DNA of 64,000 nt from Lama glama (lineage: Eukaryota), in contig CM052817.1 in NCBI GenBank assembly GCA_028534125.1, positions 40,984,001 to 41,048,000 of the forward strand. Reading direction: 5' to 3'. The notes below the pieces were generated by a model that did no database searches, had not been told where the DNA came from, and worked only from the letters and a program-made list of their open reading frames with translations. The translations under genes were made by a program, and so were the position numbers. This document shows positions 12,521-25,556 of this stretch, in pieces. Positions within the stretch are counted from its first letter, which is position 1. Each line of letters opens with the position of its first letter.

Positions 12521-13239
12521 GTATTCAGGTTTATTTAGGGGGTAGAAGTTTTGTTTTGTTCTGTTTACATTTCATCATTTGAAAGTATCTATGTGATTAA
12601 AAACAATTTTGTTAGCTGTAGTGGCAGTTGACAGCCTTTTTAACCATATGGAATAGGAAGAGAATTTTAAAATTTTGTTCTTTTTATTCTCTAGTTAATA
12701 ATGAAGTCAAGTGGAACTTAGTGTCATTCTCAGCCCTCCAGACATTTCCATTATCCACAAAGGATGCTCTCTGTAGTTCTAGCTGACATATGTGTTGAAC
12801 CACCACAGTTACAGTTTCACATCTGACAACGCACAGAGCTGACTAGATCTAATAGCTGGTACTCCGATAATTGAAACATCAAGGCTTAGGGTTCAGAGTT
12901 TCAATCTTACAGAGCTTCAAATTCCATAATCAAGAGAGCCCAGATTTCTGAGCTATGACTCCTCTCACACAAAAGAAACCAGAGAAGGAGTGAGGAGAGA
13001 AGTGTCATACCCAGGGGGAACTCTGTATCTGTATAATCACCTGTAGTGTCTGGTTTCTAAATTTTATGTCAGTAGTTTGTCTCCAGTGAGTACGTAAGCA
13101 AAACTTTCCTCAGTTTATAAACATTGATTTGAAATTGTGTTGTGAGACAAATTGGGGGGAAATAGCACTAAACCTCTAACTTGGGGGCTTGTGATTTAGA
13201 TAACTTTGGAGTAAGCCCTCTTTTGGCTCATTCACATAA

Positions 13240-13750
13240 TTAGTGTGTAAGAGAGAGTAACCCCACACCCCCTCACATTAAATCAAAGGAGGGGGTTACT
13301 GACTCCCCTGTCGGGGAAGTCCAGTGGTGACTGCAGACATAGGTAGATGGCTAAATCGAGGGCTCAAACAATGTTATCTTTATGTTCTTATTTCTGTTGC
13401 ATTTTGCATGTTGGTGTAATTCTCTCCTACGGCATACCTGCCTTTTCCTATGTAACAAAAAGATGGCTCCTGGAAACCCTCCGCTTGTGGGGGTGTACTT
13501 CTCTGTCCAGTGGAATAAGGACAGTCTTTTCCCTAACGTCCAAGGAGGACTCCTGTTGGCCTCTTGCAGATCATGTGCCAGTTTCATGGCCAATCATTTG
13601 TCCTAGAGGATGTAGTGCTGTGGTTGGTGTGGCTTGGATCACTTACCCACTTCTGTGTGAGGGGGTGGTGATTGAAGGGATTTCAGGATTGGCAGCCCAC
13701 AAGGTTCTCCCAAGGAAACCAGAAGAAGCGTGATGTGCAGCATTTTGGAA
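13240..13750 (-). mobile_element. MLT1J/K-like LTR
   Basis: gggaagtccagtggt...agggctcaaacaatgttatc...aagatggctcctgg...gatcatgtgcc...ccaatca...ggcttggatcac. Confidence 0.65.
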
Positions 13751-14157
13751 ATGAAAAAAGAAAAAACCCTTCAGTTGTTGTAGTCTACTACAGATGCCCT
13801 CAGAAGCCGCCATTTCCCTTTCATGCTCAACCCGAATGTAACTCTGTTTAATTCTGCTTCTGTCCACAAGTAGACTGAGGTGAGGGATTGGGATGGAGTT
13901 TGGGAACTACAGTTTTCAAGTATCTTTCATTAACAAAAGACATTCTTGAACTTAATTGCCTTCCCCCAAATTTTCTCTCATTTTTTATAATAAAGTATCA
14001 AGAATTTTCAAAGCCAGGGCTAGTCTATATTAATTAATTTAAAAAGAGTCTTTGTCCTCCTAAACCTTCAATTAAGAAAGATTGTTGAGAAACCAAAACA
14101 AAACAAAAATAGGCTTATTAAGTTACCTGTTCAGCACATCAAGTGAAGGTTAGAAGT

Positions 14158-14985
14158 GAAAGTGATGGCAGCAACATGACTGAGTAAGATGACCCTCGTT
14201 CGTATCCTCCCCTCAACAACTACAGTTTGGCAGCTGTCAGTGGACAGAAGTGCCGTGTGGGAGCTGTGGGATCCAACACCATATATCAAGCCATCCCAGG
14301 ACAGTCTCACCCCTGGTGCAGGCTGCCCGACCTTGGTCTGTGTTTTGGACCCTACAGTGGCCCATAAACTGACTCTACTCACCTTGGATGCGGTCTGGCA
14401 GCCCCTGGAAAACAGTCTTAGACAATCACCCACAGACGAGACAGCCTCTGTGGAAGCCTAGGTTTCCAGAACAGAAGTTCCAACAACTTCTTTTTAGAGC
14501 CAAAAAATAAGACTTTGGATACACTGGAGAGGATAAGAAATGCAACTTGACTTTACCAAGGTACCCTCTCCCAAAGACAGTGCATCTCAGTACCAAGAGA
14601 GACCTTCCCAGCCGTGATTTCTTTCTCGGGTGAACATGGAGTGCTTGGCTTCCCGAGCTGTGTAGGATGCTACCAAAGAGGCCCGTCTCTCTCTCGCCCT
14701 GTCTAGAGCACTGAAACAATTAGCTGAATGACAGGGATGGGAAGAGGCAGGGAGATTCTCAGAGGGGATTAAAGGGATGTGGGTCCTACTAGCTGTGTCC
14801 TGGATCCACCAAGAAGTGTGCCCATGAGCTGCTGGCAAGCCTCACCCACAAATCCCCCAGCTGGCCCACAGGCACCCCTGCCCTTGATGTGCCTCACCAC
14901 ACACCCCCTCATCCTGTGGCCAGCTCTCTGGGTGGGCTCCTGACCATGGCAATAGTGAGCTTTGGCAGATGGCTAGAGAGCATGC
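14158..14985 (+). mobile_element. L1 5' UTR (L1M3/L1MA9-type)
   Basis: aacatgactgagtaagatgaccctc...ggacagaagtgccgtgtgggagct resembles L1 5' starts; GC-richer than flanks; left TSD candidate at 14146-14157. Confidence 0.6.
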
Positions 14986-15958
14986 ATAGATATTACAGAT
15001 CGCCAACAGGTACGTGAAAACATCACTGATCATCAGGGAAATGCAAATCAAACACTAATCACTAATCATCAGGGGAATGCAAATCAAAACCACAGTGATA
15101 TATCTATCACCTCATACCTGTTAGAATAACTGTTATCAAAAAGACAAGAGACAAGCGTTGGCAAGAATGTGAAGAAAACGAAACCCTTGTTCACTGTTGA
15201 TGAGAATGTAAATTGGTGCATTCACTATGGAAAACAGTGTGGAGGTTTCTCAGAAAGTTAAAACTAGAACTACCACATGATCTGGCAATCCCACTTCTGG
15301 ATATATATCCAAAGGAGATGAAGTCAGGGTCTTGGAGAGACATCTGTATCCCCACCCCCTCATATTCATCACAGCATTGTTCACAATAGCTGAGATATGG
15401 AAATGTACTTAGCATCTGTTTTTGAATGTATGGATAAAGAAAATGTGGTTTATATAGTGAATGAAATATTACTCAGCCACAAGATAGAAGGAAGTCCTGT
15501 TATTTGCAGCAACATGGATGGACCTTGAGGACATTATGTTAAGTGACGTCAGAGAAAAACAAAAACTGTATGATATTACTTATATGTGGAATCGGAAAGA
15601 GCCAAACTCATAGAAACAGAGAGTAGAATGGTGGGTGCCAGGAGCCGAGGGGTAGGGAAGATATTGTTCAAAGAGCACAGACTTCCAGTTATAAGATAAA
15701 TAAGTTCTGGGAATCTAATGTACAGGATGCATGGTGATTATAATTTGTAACTGTATTACATACTTGAAAGTTTCTAAGAAAGTAGATCTTCCATGTAGTC
15801 TACAAAAAAAGAAATGGTAATCATGTGAGGTGATGGAGGTGTTGGCTAACTCTACTACGATAACCATTTCACAATAGGTAAGTGTATCAAATTAATACAT
15901 TGTACGCCTTAAACGTACACAATGTTACATGTCTATTATATCTCAATAAAGCTGGAAA
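14986..15958 (+). mobile_element. L1MA9-like ORF2 end and 3' UTR
   Basis: catcagggaaatgcaaatcaaa...gcaatcccacttctggatatatatccaaagga...gcagcaacatggatggaccttgaggacattatg...atctcaataaagctggaaaaaa. Confidence 0.92.
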
Positions 15959-16562
15959 AAAGTCAGAAGTTAATCATGAATATAGAATTATATTTTACTA
16001 TGCATACTTTTATTACTTTAGAGATGTGGAGAAACCCCCAAACTTGAGTATAGCAAATCCTAGTAGGCTTTTAGGACCAATGGTGATGCAATCGGGAGAC
16101 CACCATTGCTTTATGAAATGGTATTGGTTAGAGGTGATGTGGAGGACACCTGGAAAGTCTGTTTCTTACTGGGGAAATGATCAAAACTTTGTAAATACGG
16201 GGTCCTTTTCTGAATGGAACTTTGTAAGCAGCTCTTTACACAGCAATTCAACCAATAAGCTGCTTGGAGCTCTCGGTGAATATTTCCAATTTCCAAAATT
16301 GCTTTAAGGCTCATTCTAACTAGGAAATGCTGAGCCACAAGTTGCTTCAGGTAACCTCTCAGGTATGCTCATCCAGTTGGTCTCAAAGTGTGGTTTGGAT
16401 GCTGAGTTATAAAACACCAAAACTGTAGCGTCATCACTTTTCTGAATATACTTTCAAAACTGTATTCCACCTTTCTTCTAAAAAATGCATATTTGGGTCT
16501 GTTGGGCCAGTATTTTACATGAAGAAACAAGTGGGTTTCAGGCAGAACTCTGCTACTAAGGA

Positions 16563-16790
16563 AAGCAGGATGGTAAAGTAGTTACAATAGTTTGGAGTCA
16601 GGGAATCCTGAGTTTTTATTTTGACTTTGCTGTGTGACCAGATTCTTGAAAAAAGTTTCTTCACCTTTTTGAGTCTTCTCACTAAACATTAGAAATACTT
16701 AATAGATAGTGTTGCAAATGCTAATGAGATAATATTGGTTAAGGGCTTATGCCAAAATCAGGTATCTAGTAAGTGTGCATAAGTGTATGT
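16563..16790 (+). mobile_element. MIR SINE
   Basis: tttggagtcagggaatcctgagtt...gctgtgtgacc...aatgagataatat...tatctagtaagtg. Confidence 0.65.
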
Positions 16791-17399
16791 TTGTTTAAAT
16801 TGTTGTTAGTTTTTACTGTTATTATACATTTTTAATAGTATGGGGAAAATGTGTCAAAATCTAAACAAGATTATTTTCCCCCTTTATTGATTTCTGATTC
16901 TGTATACTTATTTATGCGCCAAGCGATGTGAACCTAAATTTTTCCTTGGTAAGTAAGGTGACTATTTTAACTGTTGCATAAACCTTACCAGGTTCCCTCT
17001 TTTCAGCTGTTTCTGCATTTGCTCTGAAATTGTAAAGACATTGTCTCTTTTGTCATTGAGTGATCCCTGCTGCCTCCTTACATGGGAAATTTCTGTCAGA
17101 GATCTGGTTCTAGGAAAAGCTTTATCTCCCTTGGGAAAGTAGTGAGTTTCCTCTTCTCAGATCAAAATGACTTACGTGATTCATCACGTTTTCCTCTTAG
17201 TATTGTTTGTCAGGAAGATTATATAGTTGGTCTTTTCACTCAATCGCAACCACTTGACTCATTGTTATATTTTGAATATTTACTTTTCTCCTCCTATTTC
17301 CTATTAAACATTTGGTTTATTAATTTATTTTTGTCTTCCTTTGACCAAGTATCCTTTTGCAAAAGAGGTAAGGCAGAAATGTATATTTTATATAAATAC

Positions 17400-17431
17400 G
17401 TATGTGTATGTGTGTGTGTGTGTGTATGTAT
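17400..17431. repeat. (TG)n microsatellite
   Basis: gtatgtgtatgtgtgtgtgtgtgtgtatgta. Confidence 0.9.
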
Positions 17432-18620
17432 CTTCATGAAGAAATAGTTTCTTGTTAATTTTTGTTTGGAATTTTGACACCCAAGTTTTGATATTAGCAA
17501 CTTCTTTAATCCAGCTAGTGCTTTGCCCCTTTTTCACTTCCTTCATATGTTTGTCCAACAAATACTTCTTGGTGCCCAATATAATGGTTTTTAGGTGGGG
17601 AAGACTCTATGAAAATGAATCAAATTGTCATCAGTGAGCGTCTGTGCTACCAGGGAATATGGACTCTTGAGAGGAAGAACAGGCCTAATGAGATCAGAGT
17701 TGCTTTCTATAAAAAAAATTCCAAAATTTGAATACCATGCTGACTGTGATGTAAAATGACAGATAGGAGAAAGGCCTGGACTTTTTTCCTGACATTATTA
17801 CTGAATCTAATGGCATTCCACTAGTTTGTCCACAGCCTCAGGAGAAATTGTTTTTTCTGTTCATTATCTTGGTACCTTTTCTACCATAGTTACAAATAAG
17901 ATGTCCTTTCCTATCTGCAAAGAAAGAGAATGAATTTTGTTTTGTCACATCCCTGACTGTGCTTTTAGAGACGGGGAGAAAATACAGCTAAGAGCCTGGG
18001 GTTGTTGAGTCCTATTTCCTTGTCATTTTGTACTACACTTTAAGGATGCTTCTCAGGACAGCTTAACTCTCCTGGCTTAATGTTGTCATATTTTCCTCCC
18101 TGTGGTTGTTTAAGGCAACGAGAGGCCTTTTATCCTATTTCATGAGGAAATGCAATATATTATTAATGGTGGTTATTTTATTCCTAAGTCAACACTGCCT
18201 CAGCAGAGCCTGGATCACCCCGAGGATAACTCTTCCTGCGTAAAGGGAGGCTTTCAGGTCGTGCACCTCTTTAGGGAAGTTTCTTTTCATCTCAGAGAAT
18301 GTTTTTTTGACTTTAACTTAATGATACGTTTCATTTGGGAAAGCTGCTCCCCTGTACTGGGGATAATGGTACTTATTTTTGGATTCATTCTCTCAATGCC
18401 TATTGAACCACCGTTGTGAGTTTATGCCATGTTGGGACCTGGACTGAACATAACTGCACTATTTTATATCTTAAAACTGTATTAAAGTCTGGAAGTAAGA
18501 ATATAAGGTAGTTTGTCGGTCTATAGTTTTTGTTGGTCTTCTCTCAAACTTTAATTCTAAGAGCAAATCCTGGATATGAGAAGGGCTTTATGAATTTGGT
18601 ATAAACCCTATTACTGAAGC

Positions 18621-18713
18621 TGGGGTGACCAATGGTTCCAGATTTTAGCACTGAAAGCCCTGGGTCCCAGGAAACTCCTCACTCTCCAGCAAATTAGCAC
18701 AGGTGGTCACATT
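18621..18713. mobile_element. MER81-like hAT-Blackjack MITE
   Basis: TIRs tggggtgacca ... ggtggtcacatt; internal ttttagcactgaaagccctgggtcccaggaaac. Confidence 0.75.
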
Positions 18714-18794
18714 TGAAGCATAGACAGAAGCTGTACTGTAATACGACCATAAGGTGGTTTGGACTCTAGAATCTCAATTCCGCATAAGGCTATC

Positions 18795-19110
18795 TTAAAC
18801 ACAGCATTCTATTTGCAAGGAAACTATACCTATTTACTAGCTAAATTATAACAAGGAGTTTTACAGAAATCAAGACAAACTGGGCGTCCAGGGTCCAGAA
18901 TAGGTGAGACTCAGGTGGCTCTGAGGACCTCAGCAGCTCAAGTTCAAGGAATTTCAATGTAGTATTCTGCCATTAATATGAGCTTTCTCTCAACTCCCTT
19001 AGGCTCCATGCCCCTTAGTTCAAATTTTTGAGAACAAAAATCTCAGGGGCTCAACCATGCCTATGGATTGGTTACTCTTAGGTCTTGTGTCCAGACCTGG
19101 TCTGTGTAGC
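18795..19110 (-). mobile_element. Old MLT1-type LTR fragment
   Basis: cattctatttgcaaggaaac...gttcaaatttttgagaaca...gattggttactcttaggtcttgtgtcc. Confidence 0.4.
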
Positions 19111-19149
19111 AGTGGCCCCGGGCCCAGGCAGCGATCATTGCAGCCAACT

Positions 19150-19515
19150 GCCCAGTGCAGCTGATCATGGTAATTCTCTTCCCCTTGCCTGGGATCTGTT
19201 TAGGAATGGATATGTTACCCAATTCTGGTCAATGAGACCTGAGGGGCATCTTCTAGAGGGCTTTTGGGAATAGTTCATAAAGATGCAATGTCCTCTCTGT
19301 ACTGTTGTGTCTGCTTGTGTTGCCTGGAACTACAGCAGCCATCTTACTAGTGACCTGAGGATGAAGGCAACATGAGAAGGGAGCATCTCTGAGAGAGAAA
19401 AACCCTGAGTCTTTGATGAAATCCTTGAGTCTGTGAATCAACCCAGAATGTGCCCTACCTCTGGACTTCCTGTAATGAGAGTTTAAAATATTCTTTCTTT
19501 GTTTAAGCCATTGAG
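19150..19515 (+). mobile_element. MLT1J-like LTR
   Basis: acccaattctggtcaatgagacctgagg...tggaactacagcagccatctt...cctacctctggacttcctgtaatgaga...tgtttaagccattga. Confidence 0.8.
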
Positions 19516-19556
19516 AAATATATAATATACCCTGTATCCTAAGGTAATAGTAATTA

Positions 19557-19586
19557 ACAACAACAACAACAACAACAATAATAATA
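19557..19586. repeat. (AAC)n(AAT)n compound microsatellite
   Basis: acaacaacaacaacaacaacaataataata. Confidence 0.9.
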
Positions 19587-20320
19587 TATCCTCCACGAAC
19601 ACCAGCTGGCTGGCAGGAGCTGGTAGGGCTGCTCCTCTGGGTGGAATACATTCTTTAAGAAAGCTCAAGAGGGAAGAAAAATGAGTGTTCCATCTACGTG
19701 GATAAAGCAGACTCGCCGCAGTTCTTCTTTTGACTTGACTGTTTTGAATGTGCTGCATACACCCCCCCCCTTTAAAGAGAGTAAGAGATAAAAGATTCTA
19801 CATCCTTTTAGTTACAAGTGCACTGTCTCTAATCACAGCCCAAGAAGGGCTCCAATAAGCAGTGAGCCCTGCTGTCTCTTAGTTGTCAGAAGGAAGTACC
19901 TCAAAAGTAAAGTTATCATGATCAGTTAGACATCTTCTAGTATTAACTGGATTATAATTAACTCTGTTCAACAAAGTATCTTATCTGGTTACCCAGGGTA
20001 CATTATGTAAGCAGTTCATTTTGGAGTGTGTACGAGGAGGTTTCATTGCTCAAGCGTAAACATTTAACAGGTGCTCTACATACGTGTGTGTGTATATATA
20101 TCTTAATGGTCAAGCTAGGCATTTTATAGTATCTAATTCTGTGATTGTCCAGGCTTAACATGCTGCCATGTGTGTGTCACGGAACTCTGGATGCCATGAC
20201 TGTTGACTCATCTGTGACTTAGACTGGGAGGACCTTGGTAAGAGGGAAGCTCTGTGGGAAGGAGGGTGCTCTTGCCTAGCATGTCCTAGAATAATCCGAC
20301 TAGCTGTGGAAGCATGTGGT

Positions 20321-20500
20321 CAGAGTTGGTTTCGCAGGTGTGTGATCTATGCGATCACACACGGCCCCGCCTTCAGAAGGGCCTTGTGCTTGTTTTAATA
20401 TTGTAGCCATCTTGAAATTCTTAAGCATTTTGAACAAGGGACTCTGTAGTTTTATTTGGTGTGGGTCCCTGCATGTGATTCCATACTCATCGGGATCTGG
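20321..20500. mobile_element. MER91A-like hAT-Tip100 MITE
   Basis: gtgtgatctatgcgatcacacacggccccgccttcagaagggcc...gccatcttgaaattcttaagcattttgaacaaggg. Confidence 0.8.
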
Positions 20501-21827
20501 CAGCACCAAACAGTTACATTCTTGGTCCTGATCAGAGAAGGAGTTTTGAACACACAGCCCTTAGTTCTTATCGAAGCTCATTAAACAGCATTTGTGGAGA
20601 TTGGCTGAAGGATTTGTGGCCTTTCTACTACACAAAACATGCTAAAATCAATTTCTGGGTTAAGCCACTGATCAGAGTGCCTGGACCTCATCATTTGCTA
20701 CTCTCATCCACATTGCTTTCCTGAATTGCCCTTTTTGTGGTAGCGAGCCCTCATATTGCAGGATGTCTAAAAAAGTCCGCATCCCATCATCATTCCATTT
20801 CCTGGAGAAATGTCGTTGAGGGTGTTGTTTATAACAATAGGCATCATCCTTATTACTGGGGATAAATGGATGATATATTTCTTTGTTCTCAGTACCCAGA
20901 ACGCTCTTCTTGGCCAGTTTAACTGGTTTGTCTCTTGCATAAAGAATTCTATGGTTACATTTTCCGCCTTGTCTTGGTTGCTGGAAACCTTCGGAAAAAA
21001 GTGACGAAGGACTAAAGGCACAAACCTCATTGTTTGCATTTTGTGTAGTCACTTCATCCTTGCTCTCATCTTCCACACCTCATTTTCCGCCTGCCTTCAT
21101 TTTCTTACCCACTTGTATTTTTTTAATAGCAATCTATTTTTTTCATAGCATATGCAATATTGTCAGCTGCCTTAAGTTCTTCTGCCATATGGTGAATAGT
21201 AACTATGACAAAAGTTATTTCTCGTATATACTATGTTTCCAAAGGAGACTATAAGGGGAACATTTTTAAAGAGTGGCAAAATCTGAGGGATAAAGAACAA
21301 TGACAGAATTTTTACTGTGTAGAGATAGATACAAAGAAGTCATTTTAGAGTGGTGTTAATGCAAGAAATGGTAAGGAAATGCTTGGTAATAGTAAAATAC
21401 GACTTTGAAATAGGTAGCCTCTTACCTGAAAATCAATTGTGTTTGAGTTTTACTTCATGGTGACTCTTGAAAAATCCGCATTTCTTTGTGCTCCAGTCTC
21501 ATCTCTGAAGAGTGGATAATAACATGTTTCCAAATATGTGGGAGAGGTATTTAATATTACCAGGGTTAAAAGAAAAAAGAATTGCCTTAAAATACATATT
21601 TTTGTAAGCACAAAGAATTTATTATTGCTGATTTTTAATAAAGCTACTTTTGTTTCAGTGCTATTTTTTCTAGTTTTTTTGTTTTGATTTTTGTAAAGAG
21701 TGGAAGATTGCTAACACTGGATATAAAATAAGTTTAAGAAGAAATACATGAAGTTGTAATATGTAGCTTTGTTTTCTCAAGTCTTGTATTGTCGTGTTTT
21801 TCTCATAACATTTTTTGATCCAGTAAT

Positions 21828-21955
21828 TAATTCAATATTTATTCACAAATGTATATTGAGGATCTATAACATATCCAATATTGTTCTAAGTGACAGTGTT
21901 CCTGTATCAGTGAGCAAAAAGCACCCTGCCTTCATGGTTCTTACAGTCTAATGAT
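21828..21955 (-). mobile_element. L2 3' end
   Basis: attcacaaatgtatattgaggatctata...ccctgccttcatggttcttacagtcta. Confidence 0.7.
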
Positions 21956-24900
21956 TTCTCCCAAATCAGCTCCATTGATTTCTTGAGTTTATGGTCGTTT
22001 TCCAGTGCTATATTTTACTTTGTTATTGACATATTAAAATCAACTTTGCCTGAGATATAACATCTACCAGTGTCCTGGGTTCTCTGGGTTTTCCTCCTCT
22101 TTCTTTTTCTACTGATCAAATAGCTGGAAGCCTCACTTGATTTGCTACTGAACTACATATTTTACGGATTATGGGGGTTTTGTGATGTGCTTGATTTGGG
22201 CTAATTTACATAACTTTCCTCATTAAGCTACGTATTAGCCTTTTGACCTTTGCACTTCTTCAAAGGTAGAGAATAATTAGCCTGCACGATTTGATAGAAT
22301 TCATATCTGCTAATTTTTTTTCTTTTGCTTCAATTAACAGAGACTTCTGATAATATTTAGATTTTCTTCCAGGCTAACTATGAGTAAGCTATTTTCTTTC
22401 TGTCAGGAACGGAACCATTGAGAATTGTCCATATTCAAAGAATAAACTATGCCACTCTTGTTCAAAGCAAGTAGAAAAAAAATCAAGACATTTGCCAACA
22501 GAGGACAGCAGTATTTTAGCTGCAAGCACTTCCTTTCTTTACAACTTACAAGGAAACAAAAAGGGAGATGCTGTTTGCAAAAACATGTGAGTTTGCGGTG
22601 AGCACTCAAATGAACATCTAGTACAATGCCTGGTTAGATGGGGGTTTGACATTTCTTTTCTGGAAGGAATGCCACTTAACTATTCAACTCACTTCTCTGA
22701 CTAGATGGAGAAAAGCTACCTCAAAATAGCTTTGTCCTGAGGATAACTATCCTGGAGGAAAGAAATAACATGACTTTTTATGGTAAGGCTTGACAACGGC
22801 CACAGAGACTTTAAGCTGTGATTCTGTGTTTTGAGGCTCGCTGTTATTAGCAGCTCTCTGGGGGATTAGATGGCTCTAGGATGTCACTCTCCCTTCTTAG
22901 CCCAAGGGAAACTCACCATGAAAAGAGAAAGCTTGACTTCTCAGTGCAGCTCCCATATCAGGACTTACAGGTCCAGATGAAAGGCTGATGTTGACTGAAA
23001 GGTTTTCTCTACCCACCTTGGCGTTGCTTCAGAAACCCCGGCTGGCTGTGTTACCATAGCTAAAGAACAGAGACCTCGGACGTCAAGGGGTTAAGCTTGG
23101 GGGAACAGAATCTGCTTCCCTTGGCAAACCAGGCTGGCCTGTGCAAGCCTCTGAGCCAGCAGCGGAGTCATAAGACAGTGGGCAAAGGCCTTCCAGGTTG
23201 TGTGACTTTTCAGTAGCGACCTTGTGTGGTGGCCACAGGAGCAACATCAACTGAGAGATGAAACTCGCTAGTGGGCGGAGCAGAGTTTCGTTTTCTCAGT
23301 GTGAAGGTTTGGGTTAAGGATTCTGAGTAATCTTCCAAGGCGCTAGAATAACTAGGCAGGGAGAGGGGAAACCTCTGAAAGGGGGAAACTTTCTGTTCAT
23401 CTGTGATGCTGATGGGGTGGGTGCTAGAGATGGATATTTTTAAATTTGAAAAATAAAAGAAATGAAGCGGGATAATCTGTGACATACATCCTGTTGGTCC
23501 ATGTCAAGAAGTCTGCAAGTGGATGGACTGGGACGGCTTTTCTAAAGCAACAAGAGGCAGTTGTGAGCACTCCCAGGAGGAGCATTTCCGTGAAGGAGCA
23601 CTTACTGATCCCTTGGCCAAGTTAACTCCGTGGGTCTTTCCAGTAGTTAATGTGAGTGGTATCATTTCAAATTAAAGTGTTCCCACTTAGTCTGTCTATG
23701 AATCTTTGCGTAGGCCTCTTACTGTGGGAGAAAGTCTATGCATAGTTTCAAATCCAAGCCTGTTTAAGGAGTTTACACTTTCTCATGAGCCAAGGGAAAG
23801 GAGTGAATTTTGTCTCTTTTCAAAAATTACCTCAAACCACTTCAGTCTAGGACACTTTTCTATTCTCTCTACACACAGAAATAGTATTTTTATTTCTTTC
23901 CTTTTTTTTTTAAAGGCTCTGGGAGGGACTTACTTGGTTCTCATCATAGGGCTTTGCTATGGAGCTTGGTTTTTCCCTCTTCCCAACACTCCAGTAGACA
24001 CTATCATTTTTTTTCCTCCTTTATTAAGACTGGTTGTAATGCCCATGGGTCCCAGCCAAACTCCCAGAAGGCACATTGCATAATAGTGGTTTAGCAGAAT
24101 GTGAGGACTGGTTTCTCATAGATCTAAAATTTGTTCTGGAGCACAGTCCTCGTTTCCATCTCAGAAACTATGTACAGTATTTAAACACTCAGCATTTGAT
24201 GGCCGTGGAAAGCTATGGCAGGAGTAATAAGTGTGACATTGCCTAGCAGATAGCAGATACACAATAATATCTAGCACATAGCAGATGTAAAATAAATGTC
24301 CATTGAAAAAAATAAATGAAAAACTGCTTATTAAGAAAATATCATCTATTTGAAAGGGAAGAGACAAATTAGCTATAGTGATAAGTCACTGTCACATTTG
24401 TTAACTTACAAAGAGTCTGCCTAAAATTCCAAGGAATAACTATTTAAAGGAATTCTAATTAGCAAAACTTGGAAAAAGCACATGGCCTGTTTACATCCTG
24501 CTATATGAGAAAATAACCCACCATTAGCAAGGTTAGCCAGCCTAATCCTAGTCATTGCTCAGGAACAGGATTTACTCCTTAAAAGTTTTAGTAAACGTTT
24601 AAGGCTCCTGAAGAAGTCAGGGAGGAAACTGACTTTCAGCAAAAACCTGAAACATATATTGCATTTTCTAAAACTCCAGTTGTGCAGAATTAATTTAAAT
24701 GATCTCAGCAGGCCCCCAAACCCCAAAACCACCTTGTACACATTACTCATATAACCACTTTTATGACATATAAGGGGAGACACAAAGAGGATTTCTCAGG
24801 GTACCAATATTATGAGTGCAGTAACTTTGTTTAAAAGCAGTGATGTTGAGCCAGTGATAACAGAGAAACACAGGCATTTAATGCCTTCAAAACGGGTTTC

Positions 24901-24989
24901 AAATCTACTGCATCACACCTTCTCTGTATACGAAAGGCATGGCTAAACTTTTCCCTTAAATTGGAAGCTTCACACTGAATAAAAGACAC

Positions 24990-25056
24990 ACATTCAGGAG
25001 ATGATTCCAGATCCCCAGTTGGTGGGTCAGCTGCATTAGAATGAGCTGGGAACTTG
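24990..25056. mobile_element. MER5-type hAT fragment truncated by the gap
   Basis: ccagatccccagttggtgggtcagctgcattagaatgagctggga. Confidence 0.4.
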
Positions 25057-25556
25057 NNNNNNNNNNNNNNNNNNNNNNNNNNNNNNNNNNNNNNNNNNNN
25101 NNNNNNNNNNNNNNNNNNNNNNNNNNNNNNNNNNNNNNNNNNNNNNNNNNNNNNNNNNNNNNNNNNNNNNNNNNNNNNNNNNNNNNNNNNNNNNNNNNNN
25201 NNNNNNNNNNNNNNNNNNNNNNNNNNNNNNNNNNNNNNNNNNNNNNNNNNNNNNNNNNNNNNNNNNNNNNNNNNNNNNNNNNNNNNNNNNNNNNNNNNNN
25301 NNNNNNNNNNNNNNNNNNNNNNNNNNNNNNNNNNNNNNNNNNNNNNNNNNNNNNNNNNNNNNNNNNNNNNNNNNNNNNNNNNNNNNNNNNNNNNNNNNNN
25401 NNNNNNNNNNNNNNNNNNNNNNNNNNNNNNNNNNNNNNNNNNNNNNNNNNNNNNNNNNNNNNNNNNNNNNNNNNNNNNNNNNNNNNNNNNNNNNNNNNNN
25501 NNNNNNNNNNNNNNNNNNNNNNNNNNNNNNNNNNNNNNNNNNNNNNNNNNNNNNNN
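25057..25556. other. Assembly gap (500 N)
   Basis: Run of N seen directly. Confidence 1.

Noticed and set aside
15191..16307. ORFs of 74 and 141 aa
   Set aside because: They overlap the L1MA9 3' end or start in its tail and show no recognisable protein features
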